The notes: generated by a model not told the origin, from the letters alone. Counted from the first letter of the stretch, positions 28,076 through 37,437 are shown. The stretch: 64,000 nucleotides of DNA from Thermodesulfobacteriota bacterium (GCA_964291405.2 OZ219926.1:2272001-2336000); one strand, 5' to 3'. Made by a program: numbers and translations.

Positions 28076-29440
28076 TTATGCGTTGTCCGTAGTCGGCAGG
28101 AGGCTGGCCAGCACCTCGCGATAGCTTGTTGGGTTCAGGCGAAACGTCGGGTAGTCTCGATCAACTCCGGTGTAATAGCGGAGCAGGATCAGGTAGCGCC
28201 GAACCAATTCTGGTAGCAGGAAGTTTTGGCGCACGTGTTCCTGGGCTTGTCGACCGAGTTGGGCCGTTTGCTCTGGCTCATCAAGAATCCGAGCCATTTT
28301 CGTCGCAATTGCCTCAACGTCCATCGGTTCAACCAGATAGCCCGTCTGCTCGTCAACGACCTGCTGCACAATCCCTCCGACACGCGAGCCAATGACCGGG
28401 GTGCCTTGCCACAGCGCCTCGGACACGACCAAACCAAAGCCCTCGCGGGTTGAGACATGGACGAAACCACGAGCCAGACGCATCAGCGAACCGACAACCT
28501 GATCGTTGTTTTCGACATTGACCCAGAAGCGAATATCAGGGTCGGCGCCAGCTTGCGTTTGCAATTGCTCCAGCATGGCTTCGCCTTCGGGGTCGTCGGT
28601 GGCGGTGTTGCCCAGAAAGATGAGGTAGGGCGCTGGGTCATAGGTCTTGTGCTGACGCAGACGTTTGAAGGCGCTCAGGATAGACGCCTGATTTTTATGG
28701 ATGTCATAGCGTGAAATGGCAGCGAGAATCGGACGGTCCGGGTCGATCGCATGCTGCCGGAACAGTGGGGTGAGCACCTCTTTGGCACGGGTTTCAGTAT
28801 ACTGCTGATTTTTTTCCGCACGCGGGTCTATGCACGGCGTAATCTGGTATTGGGGAATCTGTAGTCCCGGTCCGACAAACTCGGGCATGGTAAAAATCGC
28901 ACCCGCGTACTGGTTGAGATAGGGGGCCAGGAAGCGCCACACCGTCCGGTTCGGAGTTGACGTGTCAATATGGCACCGCCACAGCACATTACCCACGAGC
29001 AGACCGCTCATAATCAGCGCCGCGGGCTGAGGATCATGGACAACGATCAGATCAGATTCGATAGCGGCGTTTTGAGCGTGAGCGGCCAGATTATCCAAAT
29101 AGGTTTCAAACAGTTCCTGAAGAGAAATCGGCTGGTCCACGCCCTGGAGTGTATTGTGAAACTTCTTGGTGACGTGAAAAAACGCCTCATAGCCCTGGAT
29201 GGTAAACCAGCGAGCGTGGACCCCGAGCGAGTGGGCAAGCGGAATCACGCTCCGCAGCATCTCCGCCACCCCACCGCCCACAAAGGTTGAGTTGATATTT
29301 GCCCAGCCTTTCCCCTCAACGGGAGTGGTAAGTCGCTTGAGCGCATCGACCCGTTCCTGACCGATATAGGGCTCGTATTCGTCAATCGTCAGGATTGATT
29401 CCGGTGCGTATTCTTCCAGCCTGACAGGCCCGTCGCTCAT
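28076..29440 (-). CDS. GT4 glycosyltransferase, TreT (trehalose glycosyltransferring synthase)-like
   Basis: INSTFVGGGVAEML, VHDPQP, WRCHID, SRYDIHK, EGFGLVVSEALW. Confidence 0.85.
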   Translation of the reverse strand: MSDGPVRLEEYAPESILTIDEYEPYIGQERVDALKRLTTPVEGKGWANINSTFVGGGVAEMLRSVIPLAHSLGVHARWFTIQGYEAFFHVTKKFHNTLQGVDQPISLQELFETYLDNLAAHAQNAAIESDLIVVHDPQPAALIMSGLLVGNVLWRCHIDTSTPNRTVWRFLAPYLNQYAGAIFTMPEFVGPGLQIPQYQITPCIDPRAEKNQQYTETRAKEVLTPLFRQHAIDPDRPILAAISRYDIHKNQASILSAFKRLRQHKTYDPAPYLIFLGNTATDDPEGEAMLEQLQTQAGADPDIRFWVNVENNDQVVGSLMRLARGFVHVSTREGFGLVVSEALWQGTPVIGSRVGGIVQQVVDEQTGYLVEPMDVEAIATKMARILDEPEQTAQLGRQAQEHVRQNFLLPELVRRYLILLRYYTGVDRDYPTFRLNPTSYREVLASLLPTTDNA

Positions 29441-29586
29441 GGTGTCTGTCCTTATGACCGCCCCGTCTCGTATGACAAGTATATGTGGTTCAGCCGCAAA
29501 AATCCGTCCACCTTGCTACGCGGATATGTTGCCCTCATACCATGTGGAATGGGAGCCGACCAGAAAATCTGGCGCTATACAAAGTC

Positions 29587-31197
29587 TCAATTGAGACGGG
29601 TTGTCAATGGGGGAACAGGAGCGAGCTGATGCTCAGGGCGCAAAAGGTCCATCACCGTCTTGACGGGGTGGAATGTACTGCCCGGCACTTCCACAAAGAC
29701 CGTATTCCAGTGCGCCATAGCACCGTTCCACAGCCCCGGTAATTCGAGGGCCCGCAGGGAACGTCCGTCTTTTGATTTCTCGGAGATAAATCCGGTGGCG
29801 GGATCGACGAAATGAGCTAACGGAAAAGGGCGTCCACGATAGTCTCGCACACCACAGACGAGATCAACCGGATTGAAGTGGGTGGCCGCTTGCCAGCGTG
29901 CTCGTTGCTCCGCGTTTGTCATATCGACTTGGGAAGACTCGACAATTTGGCGCGAGGTCGTGCCGTCGGTCTGTCTGACCCAGAAGGGCCCTCCCCCCGG
30001 CTCTCCAGTATTTTTCACCACCCCACACACGCGCAACGGCCGATCGAGTTGAGCAATGAGAAGATCACGCTGGTACGGCATTGCGGTGCGCTCAAAGTCT
30101 TGCGGCAGGACAAGCGACAACTGGTCCTGAGCAAAGCTACGGGCAGTATCAAGAGCGATACGTGCGCCGTCCGACTCACTGGGGAGGGAGGCTTTGAGCC
30201 GTGCAATATGAGAAAATGCCTGTTGTTGGAGGTGGAGAAGAGAGCCGCACAGGAGTTTTTTATATTGGTAGGTATCGGGCTTGAGTCGGTCGGGCAGGAC
30301 ATTATCGATATTCTTAATAAAAATGATATCGCCTTGAAGGTCGGCCAGGTTTTCCAATAAAGCACCGTGTCCGCCGGGACGAAAAACAAGGGCGCCATTG
30401 CTATCTCTGACCGGGATGTTGTCTGCGTCCACGGCGATGGTGTCTGTCGAGGGCTTCTGAATAGAATACGAAATGTCGAGTTGAGCGCCCCGCTGAGCGT
30501 AGCGGTGACACACGCTATCAAGATACGTCTGAATGGCCCGCTGGTGGGGCGCGGGAACCGTGAAGTGCAACCGCGCAACGGAGGAGGCATCCCGGACATA
30601 CTCCAGCGCTTCAACCAGATGTTCCTCAAAAGCGGTCCGGGTATGGTCTCCGTAGGCGTGAAATGGCACGAGCCCTTTGGGCAGGTTGGCGTAGTTCAAT
30701 CCGGTTGGAGTGAGGAGATAGGTGAGAAGCGTGTGATACCGTCCCTGACTCAGCAGTTCCTCCAGCGTATGGCCGTCTCTGTGTAAGACTGTCCGCAGTT
30801 CCTGGGCAAAAGCAAAGTGGTCAAGCTGGCCGAGAAAGCGCCGAAACGTCTGACAGTCGATATCTCCCTCGGCCGCTCTCCCGGACAGCGCCGAATTCGA
30901 GAGCAACTCCGGCTGCCGGGAAAAAGAGATGAGGAGTTGAAACATGCGACTGGCTGCACCCGAAGCAGGAACAAACTTGATCAGGCGGCTTGCTGCTGCG
31001 GCCTCGGTATGCAGCTGTACCAAGTGATCAGTCTCTGCTGGTATGCGGTCAATCCCGTCACCAAGCGTACACGCTCGCTCCAACTGAACAGGAGGGAAGC
31101 CCTGCTGAAACTGCTGAATATAGGTCGCAATCGCCTCGGGTAACATCCCGCGGGCCTGAAGCTCTGTACGGTCCTCAGCGGTCAGCGCATAGTGCAT
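29587..31197 (-). CDS. DUF4301 family protein
   Basis: KFVPASGAASRMF, QKPSTDTIA, FRPGGHGAL, IKNIDN, GEPGGGPFW, THFNPVDLVC, ELPGLWNGAM. Confidence 0.88.
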   Translation of the reverse strand: MHYALTAEDRTELQARGMLPEAIATYIQQFQQGFPPVQLERACTLGDGIDRIPAETDHLVQLHTEAAAASRLIKFVPASGAASRMFQLLISFSRQPELLSNSALSGRAAEGDIDCQTFRRFLGQLDHFAFAQELRTVLHRDGHTLEELLSQGRYHTLLTYLLTPTGLNYANLPKGLVPFHAYGDHTRTAFEEHLVEALEYVRDASSVARLHFTVPAPHQRAIQTYLDSVCHRYAQRGAQLDISYSIQKPSTDTIAVDADNIPVRDSNGALVFRPGGHGALLENLADLQGDIIFIKNIDNVLPDRLKPDTYQYKKLLCGSLLHLQQQAFSHIARLKASLPSESDGARIALDTARSFAQDQLSLVLPQDFERTAMPYQRDLLIAQLDRPLRVCGVVKNTGEPGGGPFWVRQTDGTTSRQIVESSQVDMTNAEQRARWQAATHFNPVDLVCGVRDYRGRPFPLAHFVDPATGFISEKSKDGRSLRALELPGLWNGAMAHWNTVFVEVPGSTFHPVKTVMDLLRPEHQLAPVPPLTTRLN

Positions 31198-31424
31198 AGA
31201 TCACCCTCTACGACTTCCATCCATGAGAAATTTCTCTCCAGCAGGATAAATCTTATCCCATCCCTTTACAGCCAGAGTCCTGTGGTTCGTCAAGACCAAT
31301 CGACCACAGGCCATCAACTTCCTACTAGGCAGTTGGGTTGGAATATGGTTGCATGCGCAAACCCCTGTCCTTCTCAGATAACCGAAGCGGTTGAGGGGCA
31401 AGGCTGCGCACCAAGGAGAGTTAT

Positions 31425-32513
31425 ATGGCCGTTGAGATCCCTGTCCTCACCCAACAATTACAAGCATTCTGCCTCAGCCATTATGGACAAGACGCGAGCG
31501 TCCACCAGGTCGAGGCCATGCCGGGCCATGCCGGGCTGAGTTTTGGCTTCACCGTGACCTATGAAAAAGCCGGCCAGGCTGAAAACGAATCTCTGGTCAT
31601 GCGTCTGCCACCCAAAGGCGTTCGCCAAAGCGGGAATACCGATGTCCTGCGCCAGGCGCCTTTACTGCGTACGCTCAAGAAGAACGGGATGCCTGTCCCT
31701 GAGGTACGTTGGGCCGGAGACGACCTGCGCTGGTTCGAGGTCCCGTACCTGATGGTCGAACGCCTGCCCGGCCGCACCTTCCACGTCTGGGAACCCGACG
31801 CGTCGTTTAGCCGGAACGCCGAGGCCGTCGCGCTGCTCTACCGGCAAGGGGTGCAGGCTTTAATCCAGGTCCACCAGCTCGATTGGAAAACCGAACTGGC
31901 GGGCTGGGAAGCGCCTCGCTCGCTCGAACAGGAAATCCGCTTCTGGGATCCTATTTTAGCCAAGGCCGCAGAGCCGGAATGGATCACCTGGGGCGAAGAG
32001 GTGCGTGCCCTCCTGCTGACCCACCAACCCGCAGACCCTCCGATCGGCCTCTTTCATGGCGACTATCAAGGGACCAATCTACTGTTTGACAAAAAGAAGG
32101 AACCTGTCCGTCCTCAACCGGCAGATGCGGGACAGGTTTCCTCTTTACAGCCCGCGGGCGAGCAACTGGTGGCCCTCCTGGATTGGGAGATTTCCGGTAT
32201 CAGCGGACATCTCCTCGATCTCGGCTGGCTGCTGGTCTTTATTGACCCGGAAAGCTGGGATACCGAACGCCGTCCAATCTCAACCATCCCGCCGATTGAC
32301 GCGCTCGTGGCCTTGTATGAAGACGGCATGCAACGCAAGGTCCCCGATATCAATTGGTATCGCGCCTTGGCTGGCTATCGCTTTGGCGCAATCAGTTGTT
32401 TTAATGTGATGCTGCACCGTCGCGGCAAGCGCCACGATCCCGAGTGGGACCTGATCGCCCCATCGGTCAAGACGCTTTTTGGCCGGGCCAAGGAATTGCT
32501 GCTCAGAGGTTAA
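31425..32513 (+). CDS. APH/ACAD10-11-like phosphotransferase family protein
   Basis: VMRLPP, FHGDYQGTN, LLDWE, DLGWL. AAGGAG RBS. Carries an in-frame palindromic insertion. Confidence 0.88.
   Translation: MAVEIPVLTQQLQAFCLSHYGQDASVHQVEAMPGHAGLSFGFTVTYEKAGQAENESLVMRLPPKGVRQSGNTDVLRQAPLLRTLKKNGMPVPEVRWAGDDLRWFEVPYLMVERLPGRTFHVWEPDASFSRNAEAVALLYRQGVQALIQVHQLDWKTELAGWEAPRSLEQEIRFWDPILAKAAEPEWITWGEEVRALLLTHQPADPPIGLFHGDYQGTNLLFDKKKEPVRPQPADAGQVSSLQPAGEQLVALLDWEISGISGHLLDLGWLLVFIDPESWDTERRPISTIPPIDALVALYEDGMQRKVPDINWYRALAGYRFGAISCFNVMLHRRGKRHDPEWDLIAPSVKTLFGRAKELLLRG
32093..32146. mobile_element. 54-bp palindromic element, copy 2 (in-frame in the phosphotransferase)
   Basis: AAAGAAGGAACCTGTCC-20 nt-GGACAGGTTTCCTCTTT. 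The spacer is 16/20 identical to the reverse complement of the copy 1 spacer. Confidence 0.78.
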
Positions 32514-32531
32514 AATTCTTGAGTACAACGG

Positions 32532-34853
32532 CTAAAGGCGTGCAGCAGGGCGGTGGTGCGGGGCCGGCTGAGAAAATTTCCACTGAAAAAATTTCCACTG
32601 AAAAAATTCCCAAGACAGATTGATCCCCAACAGATTATGCAATAAAGACCCCTGATGAGGGAGCGACCGGGCTATGCGGAATCCGATGAGGGTGCTCCGA
32701 AAGCCGGCGGTGTTCCGTTCGAGGGAGACCGAAAGGGGATCCCCTGGACTGATGGTCCAGATGGTCCAGGGATAGCCGTGCCAGGTACATTCCGTATAGT
32801 CGCTCCATATTTCGTAGCAGTCCTGCAACCATTCCAAGACATTCCCGTTGAAATCGTGGAGACCAACGGTGTTCGGTGAATATTTCCCTACCGGCACCGG
32901 CGGCCCCCGATGATACCCCTCCCCATTGTTGCGGTAAACGTTCTCGTTATAGCTCACTTGTAGCAGACCTGTGGTCCTCATTATGGTGTGAATTGAGATG
33001 GGGTTGGCGTCCTTACCCGTGCTAGAGATATAGTTATGCTCCGCTTCACTAAGAAGCCGGTACATCTGGCCCGTCTTCTCCGATATCCACTGCAGATAAC
33101 CCTGGACATCAAACCGATTGACGTTGATCACCGGCTGCTGCCCTCGGCCAAACCCCCGATCGTTCGGCCGGTAACCGCGGCAGCCCCCGTCGGCCACACA
33201 GCGGTCCCAGTCAGCAAACGTGATTTCGTAGATCCCTACAGCAAGCCCTGTCGAAACCACTATTAACTCCGGGCAGGTCGGGCAGTCCCGAAAGCGGGTC
33301 CCCACCGGCCGGTCCACCAGCTCTGGCTTAGTTGGCTCCACGAGCAGATGCTGGCCCAACCGGTAGGCCCTCTCTCCATACGCGACGCTAGACGATACGA
33401 CTTTCTGGACAAGAGGCCCAAGCAGATTATAGCCCAGCCAGTAGCTCGCCCCTACACCCGCGACGATAAGCGCGATCACGGCGCTAGACGATACGACTTT
33501 CTGGACAAGAGGCCAACGAAAGGAGCGGGGTTGGACAGCTCCCTCTACTGCCTCGTCGATCGAGGCGGCTCCTTTTGGCTTAGAGCGTTGCTGCCGTATC
33601 CAGGAGTCGAAACTTTTCTTGCCTTTTCTAGTTCTAGAGGTCTCGGCAGCTCCCTCAGGCTCAAACTCCTCACTCGGCTTGGCGGGCTCATTCCGCTTGG
33701 CGGACGAGATGTCTACCGCCGGCTCGGAGTCCGGCTGGACGGGCTCCGTCGCCCCGGCCTCATCCACCGAGGCCGCTCCCTCAGGCTCATCCACCAAGGC
33801 AGCTCCCTCAGGCTCAAACTCCTCACTCGGCTTGGCGGACGAGATGTCTCTCGCCGGCTCGGAGTCCGGCTGGGCGGGCTCCGTCGCCCCGGCCTCGTCC
33901 GCCGAGATGGCTCCCTCGGGCTCAAGGCCTAGAAGGCTTTCCCACTCTTCTATGCTCCACGGCCTCTCCTCGATAGGGATCCTCATTCCCTTCTCGATCC
34001 CTTCTGACAGTTGCCTACTGTAGTGGAATCTTCTGCCGACGCTCGTGGCCGGATCTATATCCGACTTCCCGGCGTTCAATCTGCTCGCTCGCAGATCCGC
34101 ATTCACGACGGTGCCCCCGATACACTCGTATGCCACCGTTGCCACGATGAAGATATCACTCCAGGGTCCATAAGGATCGGCACTTTTGCCATGTTGCTCC
34201 AGCGGCGCATAGTCCAACGGAGCGGGGGTTAGCTTGAACTTCCTGGCCTCCCGGGCTATCCCAAAGTCCACGATGACCCAGGTGCCATCCTTCCGCCTGA
34301 CCAGATTCTCCGGAGTAAGATCCCGATGATAGACACCCTCCCTATGGATTCTCTTTAGCCCTCCCAGGACGTCTTGCAACAGACGCTTCAATGCGGCCTC
34401 TTCTAATCTCTTTTCCTGATTCAGGGTAGCCCTTAGCGACCCGCCGTCGATGTACTCCAGGGCGAGATAAACCGTGTTGTTGTCTTCAATGCGGCCATAC
34501 ATCGTGTTGATATTCGAATGGTGAAACTTCATCAGGGTGTCAGCCTCAACATGAAAATCCTCCAGCCACTGGTCGTAAAAACCCTCCAAATGGGGCTTTG
34601 CCTCTACTGTCTTGCCATCCCCTCCCCGCTGGGCAATGGGGAGCGGCATATACTCCTTGAGGGCGACGTTGCAATTCTCCCAATGGTCATACGTCCTGTA
34701 GGTAAGAGCGTAACGACCCCGTCCCAGGACATCCAATATCTCGTAACGATCCCGCACCATCGCCCCTTCCGGCAAAGCTTTTCGGTCATCCTCATTACCC
34801 AGCAACATTGCTTTCAGCAAAGCTTCTTGGTCGTCCTTCGGATATTCTGCCAT
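32532..34853 (-). CDS. Ser/Thr protein kinase - acidic repeat linker - TM - FGE-sulfatase (SUMF1-like) domain protein
   Basis: Kinase motifs LGRG, VALKEY, HRDLTPENL, DFGIA, YAPLEQ. TM IALIVAGVGASYWLG. FGE motifs RDCPTCPEL, PVINV, YRLLSEAE, GLHDFNGNVLEW, GFRIAR. GAGGAGG RBS. Confidence 0.85.
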   Translation of the reverse strand: MAEYPKDDQEALLKAMLLGNEDDRKALPEGAMVRDRYEILDVLGRGRYALTYRTYDHWENCNVALKEYMPLPIAQRGGDGKTVEAKPHLEGFYDQWLEDFHVEADTLMKFHHSNINTMYGRIEDNNTVYLALEYIDGGSLRATLNQEKRLEEAALKRLLQDVLGGLKRIHREGVYHRDLTPENLVRRKDGTWVIVDFGIAREARKFKLTPAPLDYAPLEQHGKSADPYGPWSDIFIVATVAYECIGGTVVNADLRASRLNAGKSDIDPATSVGRRFHYSRQLSEGIEKGMRIPIEERPWSIEEWESLLGLEPEGAISADEAGATEPAQPDSEPARDISSAKPSEEFEPEGAALVDEPEGAASVDEAGATEPVQPDSEPAVDISSAKRNEPAKPSEEFEPEGAAETSRTRKGKKSFDSWIRQQRSKPKGAASIDEAVEGAVQPRSFRWPLVQKVVSSSAVIALIVAGVGASYWLGYNLLGPLVQKVVSSSVAYGERAYRLGQHLLVEPTKPELVDRPVGTRFRDCPTCPELIVVSTGLAVGIYEITFADWDRCVADGGCRGYRPNDRGFGRGQQPVINVNRFDVQGYLQWISEKTGQMYRLLSEAEHNYISSTGKDANPISIHTIMRTTGLLQVSYNENVYRNNGEGYHRGPPVPVGKYSPNTVGLHDFNGNVLEWLQDCYEIWSDYTECTWHGYPWTIWTISPGDPLSVSLERNTAGFRSTLIGFRIARSLPHQGSLLHNLLGINLSWEFFQWKFFQWKFSQPAPHHRPAARL
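32568..32612. repeat. 3 x 15-nt tandem repeat in the kinase-FGE 3' tail
   Basis: CTGAGAAAATTTCCA / CTGAAAAAATTTCCA / CTGAAAAAATTCCCA, encoding WEFFQ-WKFFQ-WKFSQ. Confidence 0.85.
33386..33514. repeat. Exact 33-bp direct repeats 96 nt apart, flanking the TM-coding segment
   Basis: CGCTAGACGATACGACTTTCTGGACAAGAGGCC at 33386-33418 and 33482-33514 (PLVQKVVSSS twice). Confidence 0.9.
33640..33930. repeat. Imperfect ~150-nt tandem duplication in the acidic linker
   Basis: DEAGATEPxQPDSEPAxDISSAK and PSEEFEPEGAA each occur twice, with near-identical DNA. Confidence 0.85.
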
Positions 34854-35000
34854 TCCGGCCCTCCTCGGTTAGACGATTTCTCCAGATGACTTTCCCCAAT
34901 ATTGCTCAAGCTTCTCCTGCTTTCAATCGTGCCAAATCCTTCCCCTGGCCGACGGATGCACCTACCTCACCGACTGCGCCGGCCGGAACGGCACCTTCAT

Positions 35001-36046
35001 CTACCCAGCCTCGGCCATAATCCGCTGGGCGCGCTGCACGAGTTGGGGCACCTTCCAGGCAAACTCGGCGGCTTTCGGATTGGCCGCGGTGCCTTCGAGA
35101 TAGTGTCGATACAGGCCCTCCAGAATGATGGCGTACTTCCAGACCGCCAAGCAGCGATAAAAGGGAAAGTGTTCCATGGTCCGGCCGGTACGTTGCGCAT
35201 AGCGCGCGGCCATCTCTTCGCGGGATAAAAAACCCGGCAACTGAGTCATGGCATTGCTGTCAATCAGGTCCGGGGTGTCTCGTTCATCACCGGTAGGCCC
35301 CCAGAAGCTGAGCAGCCAGCCGAGGTCGGTTAACGGGTCGCCAAAGTTGCCATTTCCCAGTCGAATATGGCGACCAGGCGGGCCGGTCGAGCCCGAAACA
35401 TCACGTTATCGACTTTATAATCCCCATGCACAAGCGTGGCTTCACTTGTCGGCGGCAGTCGCTGTCGCAACCAGTCGCCGACTTCCTTGAGTCCGGGCAA
35501 TGGCCGGGTGTGTGGCACGGTCAGCGCATACTGTTTGGTCCAGCGTTTGAGCTGGCGTTCAAGATAGCCCTGTGGCTTACCAATGCCTTCGAGGTCCGTA
35601 CCTTGCCATTGCACGGCATGGAGCTCAGCGAGGGCGTCGATTAATTCTTCTCCGAGTCGTTGGCGTTCTTCCTGGGCGGCAAAAACTTCCGGGAGCGTTT
35701 CACGGATCACGATGCCGTCCACACGCTCCATCAGATAAAAAGGAACACCGAGAACGTCCCGATCTTCACACGCAATCACTGGCTGTGGAGTCCGCACGTC
35801 AAAAGCGGACAGAGCAGACAGCACCCGGTATTCGCGCAGCATGTCGTGGGCGGTCGGCAGGAGGTCCCCGCTCGGCGGACGCCGCAAAACCCAGTGTTTG
35901 TCTCCCCAGGAGACAAAAAACGTTTCGTTTGAATAGCCGGCTTCGTGTCGTTCAATCCTGATGTCGCCCTCGGTCAGGGAGAGCCGGTCACGTAGAAAAC
36001 GAATAAGATTTGGCAGGTTAATGAGCGGGCTGTCTTCCTGAACCAT
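35001..36046 (-). pseudogene. APH/ACAD10-like phosphotransferase interrupted by a 1-nt frameshift near 35341 (pseudogene or assembly error)
   Basis: ...HGDYKVDN...FDWEMATL ends at ATR*. Adding one G (TTG GGC GAC) restores GDPLTDLGWLL and continues in the frame ending at 35001. Confidence 0.85.
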
Positions 36047-36068
36047 TTGTTTCTCTCTGCTCTGTTGT

Positions 36069-37430
36069 TTAGACTTGGTAGGCGGCGTGTTGGCGTCGCC
36101 GGTCACTGATGCGTTCCTCCACCGTTCCCGCGGTAATGACTTCGTACAGAACCGCCTGCTTGCCTTCGCGTTTGCGCAGAATCCGACCCAGACGCTGCAC
36201 GTGCTCGCGGGTGGAACCGGAACCGGACAGCACAATGGCGACACTGGCTTCCGGGATATTCACACCTTCGTTCAGCACTTTTGACGTGGCCAGCGCCAGA
36301 TACTCCCCGCTGTTAAAGGCTTCGAGTATGGCTTTACGTTCCTTTGTCGGCGTTTGGTGGGTGAGGGCTGGAATCAAAAATGCGGCGGAGATTGCGTGAA
36401 CCGTATCGTTATCACTGGTGAAGATAATGGTCCGATCACGGGCGTGCTTTTTCAGCAGGAAATCAAGGGTGCGCAGCTTGGCCTGAGTTCCTAAGGCCAG
36501 TTTTTTCGCCCGCTGGTGGGCCAGCAGAGCGCTCCGACCCTTCCGACTCGTCGCGCTCTCCCGAATAAAGCGATGCCAGCCGGCCAAGCCGTCCAAGACG
36601 ATGCCGTGATCTACAATAAAATCATAGAACGTGCTGCGGGCCTGACGGTATTCCGCTTCTTCTTCTGGCGTGAGCGTGACCTTGAGGCGCTCAACGACAT
36701 AGTCGGACAAATACTCCCCGGCCAACTCGGTAATCCCTTTGGCATACACCCGCGGGCCGATGAGGATATCGAGCAGCGCCTCACGACCGTCGGCGCGTTC
36801 CGGCGTCGCCGTTAACCCTAAGCGATAGGGAGCCAGACACATTTCCGCGGCATGGCTGTACACGTCGCCCGGCAGGTGATGGCATTCGTCAAAGATCACC
36901 AGGCCCCACCTATTACCCAAGCGGTCCATATGCCGATACGCGCTGCTATAGGTTGTCACCGTCAGGTCTTCGATTTCATAATACCCTCCGCCAATAAGCC
37001 CGACCGTTTCACCAAACGCTGCGCACAGCAGGTCGTACCACTGATTCATGAGATCGATCGTTGGGGCAACAACGAGGGTGCTCCGCCGGACAGTTTCTAT
37101 GGCCTTTTGGCCGACATAGCTCTTCCCGGCACCGGTCGGCAGGATGATCGTGCCGCGCCGGCCCGCATTGACCCAGGCCGCAAGCGCGTCTCTCTGAAAC
37201 GGCCGTGGTGTCTGGGTCAACCGGCTGGACAGTGCCAGCGTGCGGTAAGCCGGCGCGGCGTTCGTATAGGAGGCCTCGTGCTGCTTAAAGGTCTCAACCA
37301 CCTGGCGATAGTGATGGGCTTGAGTCCGCCACCGATCAACCCGGCCATCCCACCGAAAGCAGGTGGGAGGGGCAAACTCTTCGGGCGGATCGTAGAGTAC
37401 CAGAGTCCCAAGGTCGAAGGACAGACGCAT
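36069..37430 (-). CDS. XPB/Rad25-like SF2 helicase
   Basis: LPTGAGKS, IFDECHH, LGLTATPER, LNEGVNIP, QRLGRILR, N-terminal WDGRVDRWR. Confidence 0.88.
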   Translation of the reverse strand: MRLSFDLGTLVLYDPPEEFAPPTCFRWDGRVDRWRTQAHHYRQVVETFKQHEASYTNAAPAYRTLALSSRLTQTPRPFQRDALAAWVNAGRRGTIILPTGAGKSYVGQKAIETVRRSTLVVAPTIDLMNQWYDLLCAAFGETVGLIGGGYYEIEDLTVTTYSSAYRHMDRLGNRWGLVIFDECHHLPGDVYSHAAEMCLAPYRLGLTATPERADGREALLDILIGPRVYAKGITELAGEYLSDYVVERLKVTLTPEEEAEYRQARSTFYDFIVDHGIVLDGLAGWHRFIRESATSRKGRSALLAHQRAKKLALGTQAKLRTLDFLLKKHARDRTIIFTSDNDTVHAISAAFLIPALTHQTPTKERKAILEAFNSGEYLALATSKVLNEGVNIPEASVAIVLSGSGSTREHVQRLGRILRKREGKQAVLYEVITAGTVEERISDRRRQHAAYQV

Positions 37431-37437
37431 TGGAGGA

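Noticed and set aside
32532-33300. Diversity-generating retroelement targeting the FGE domain
   Set aside because: No reverse transcriptase and no second copy of the 3' region differing at adenines was seen in this window. A remote DGR cannot be excluded.
31425-36046. Aminoglycoside resistance genes
   Set aside because: The motifs (LRRPP, AHDMLREY, DWEMATLGDP) fit ACAD10/11-like metabolic kinases, consistent with the CoA-metabolism context.
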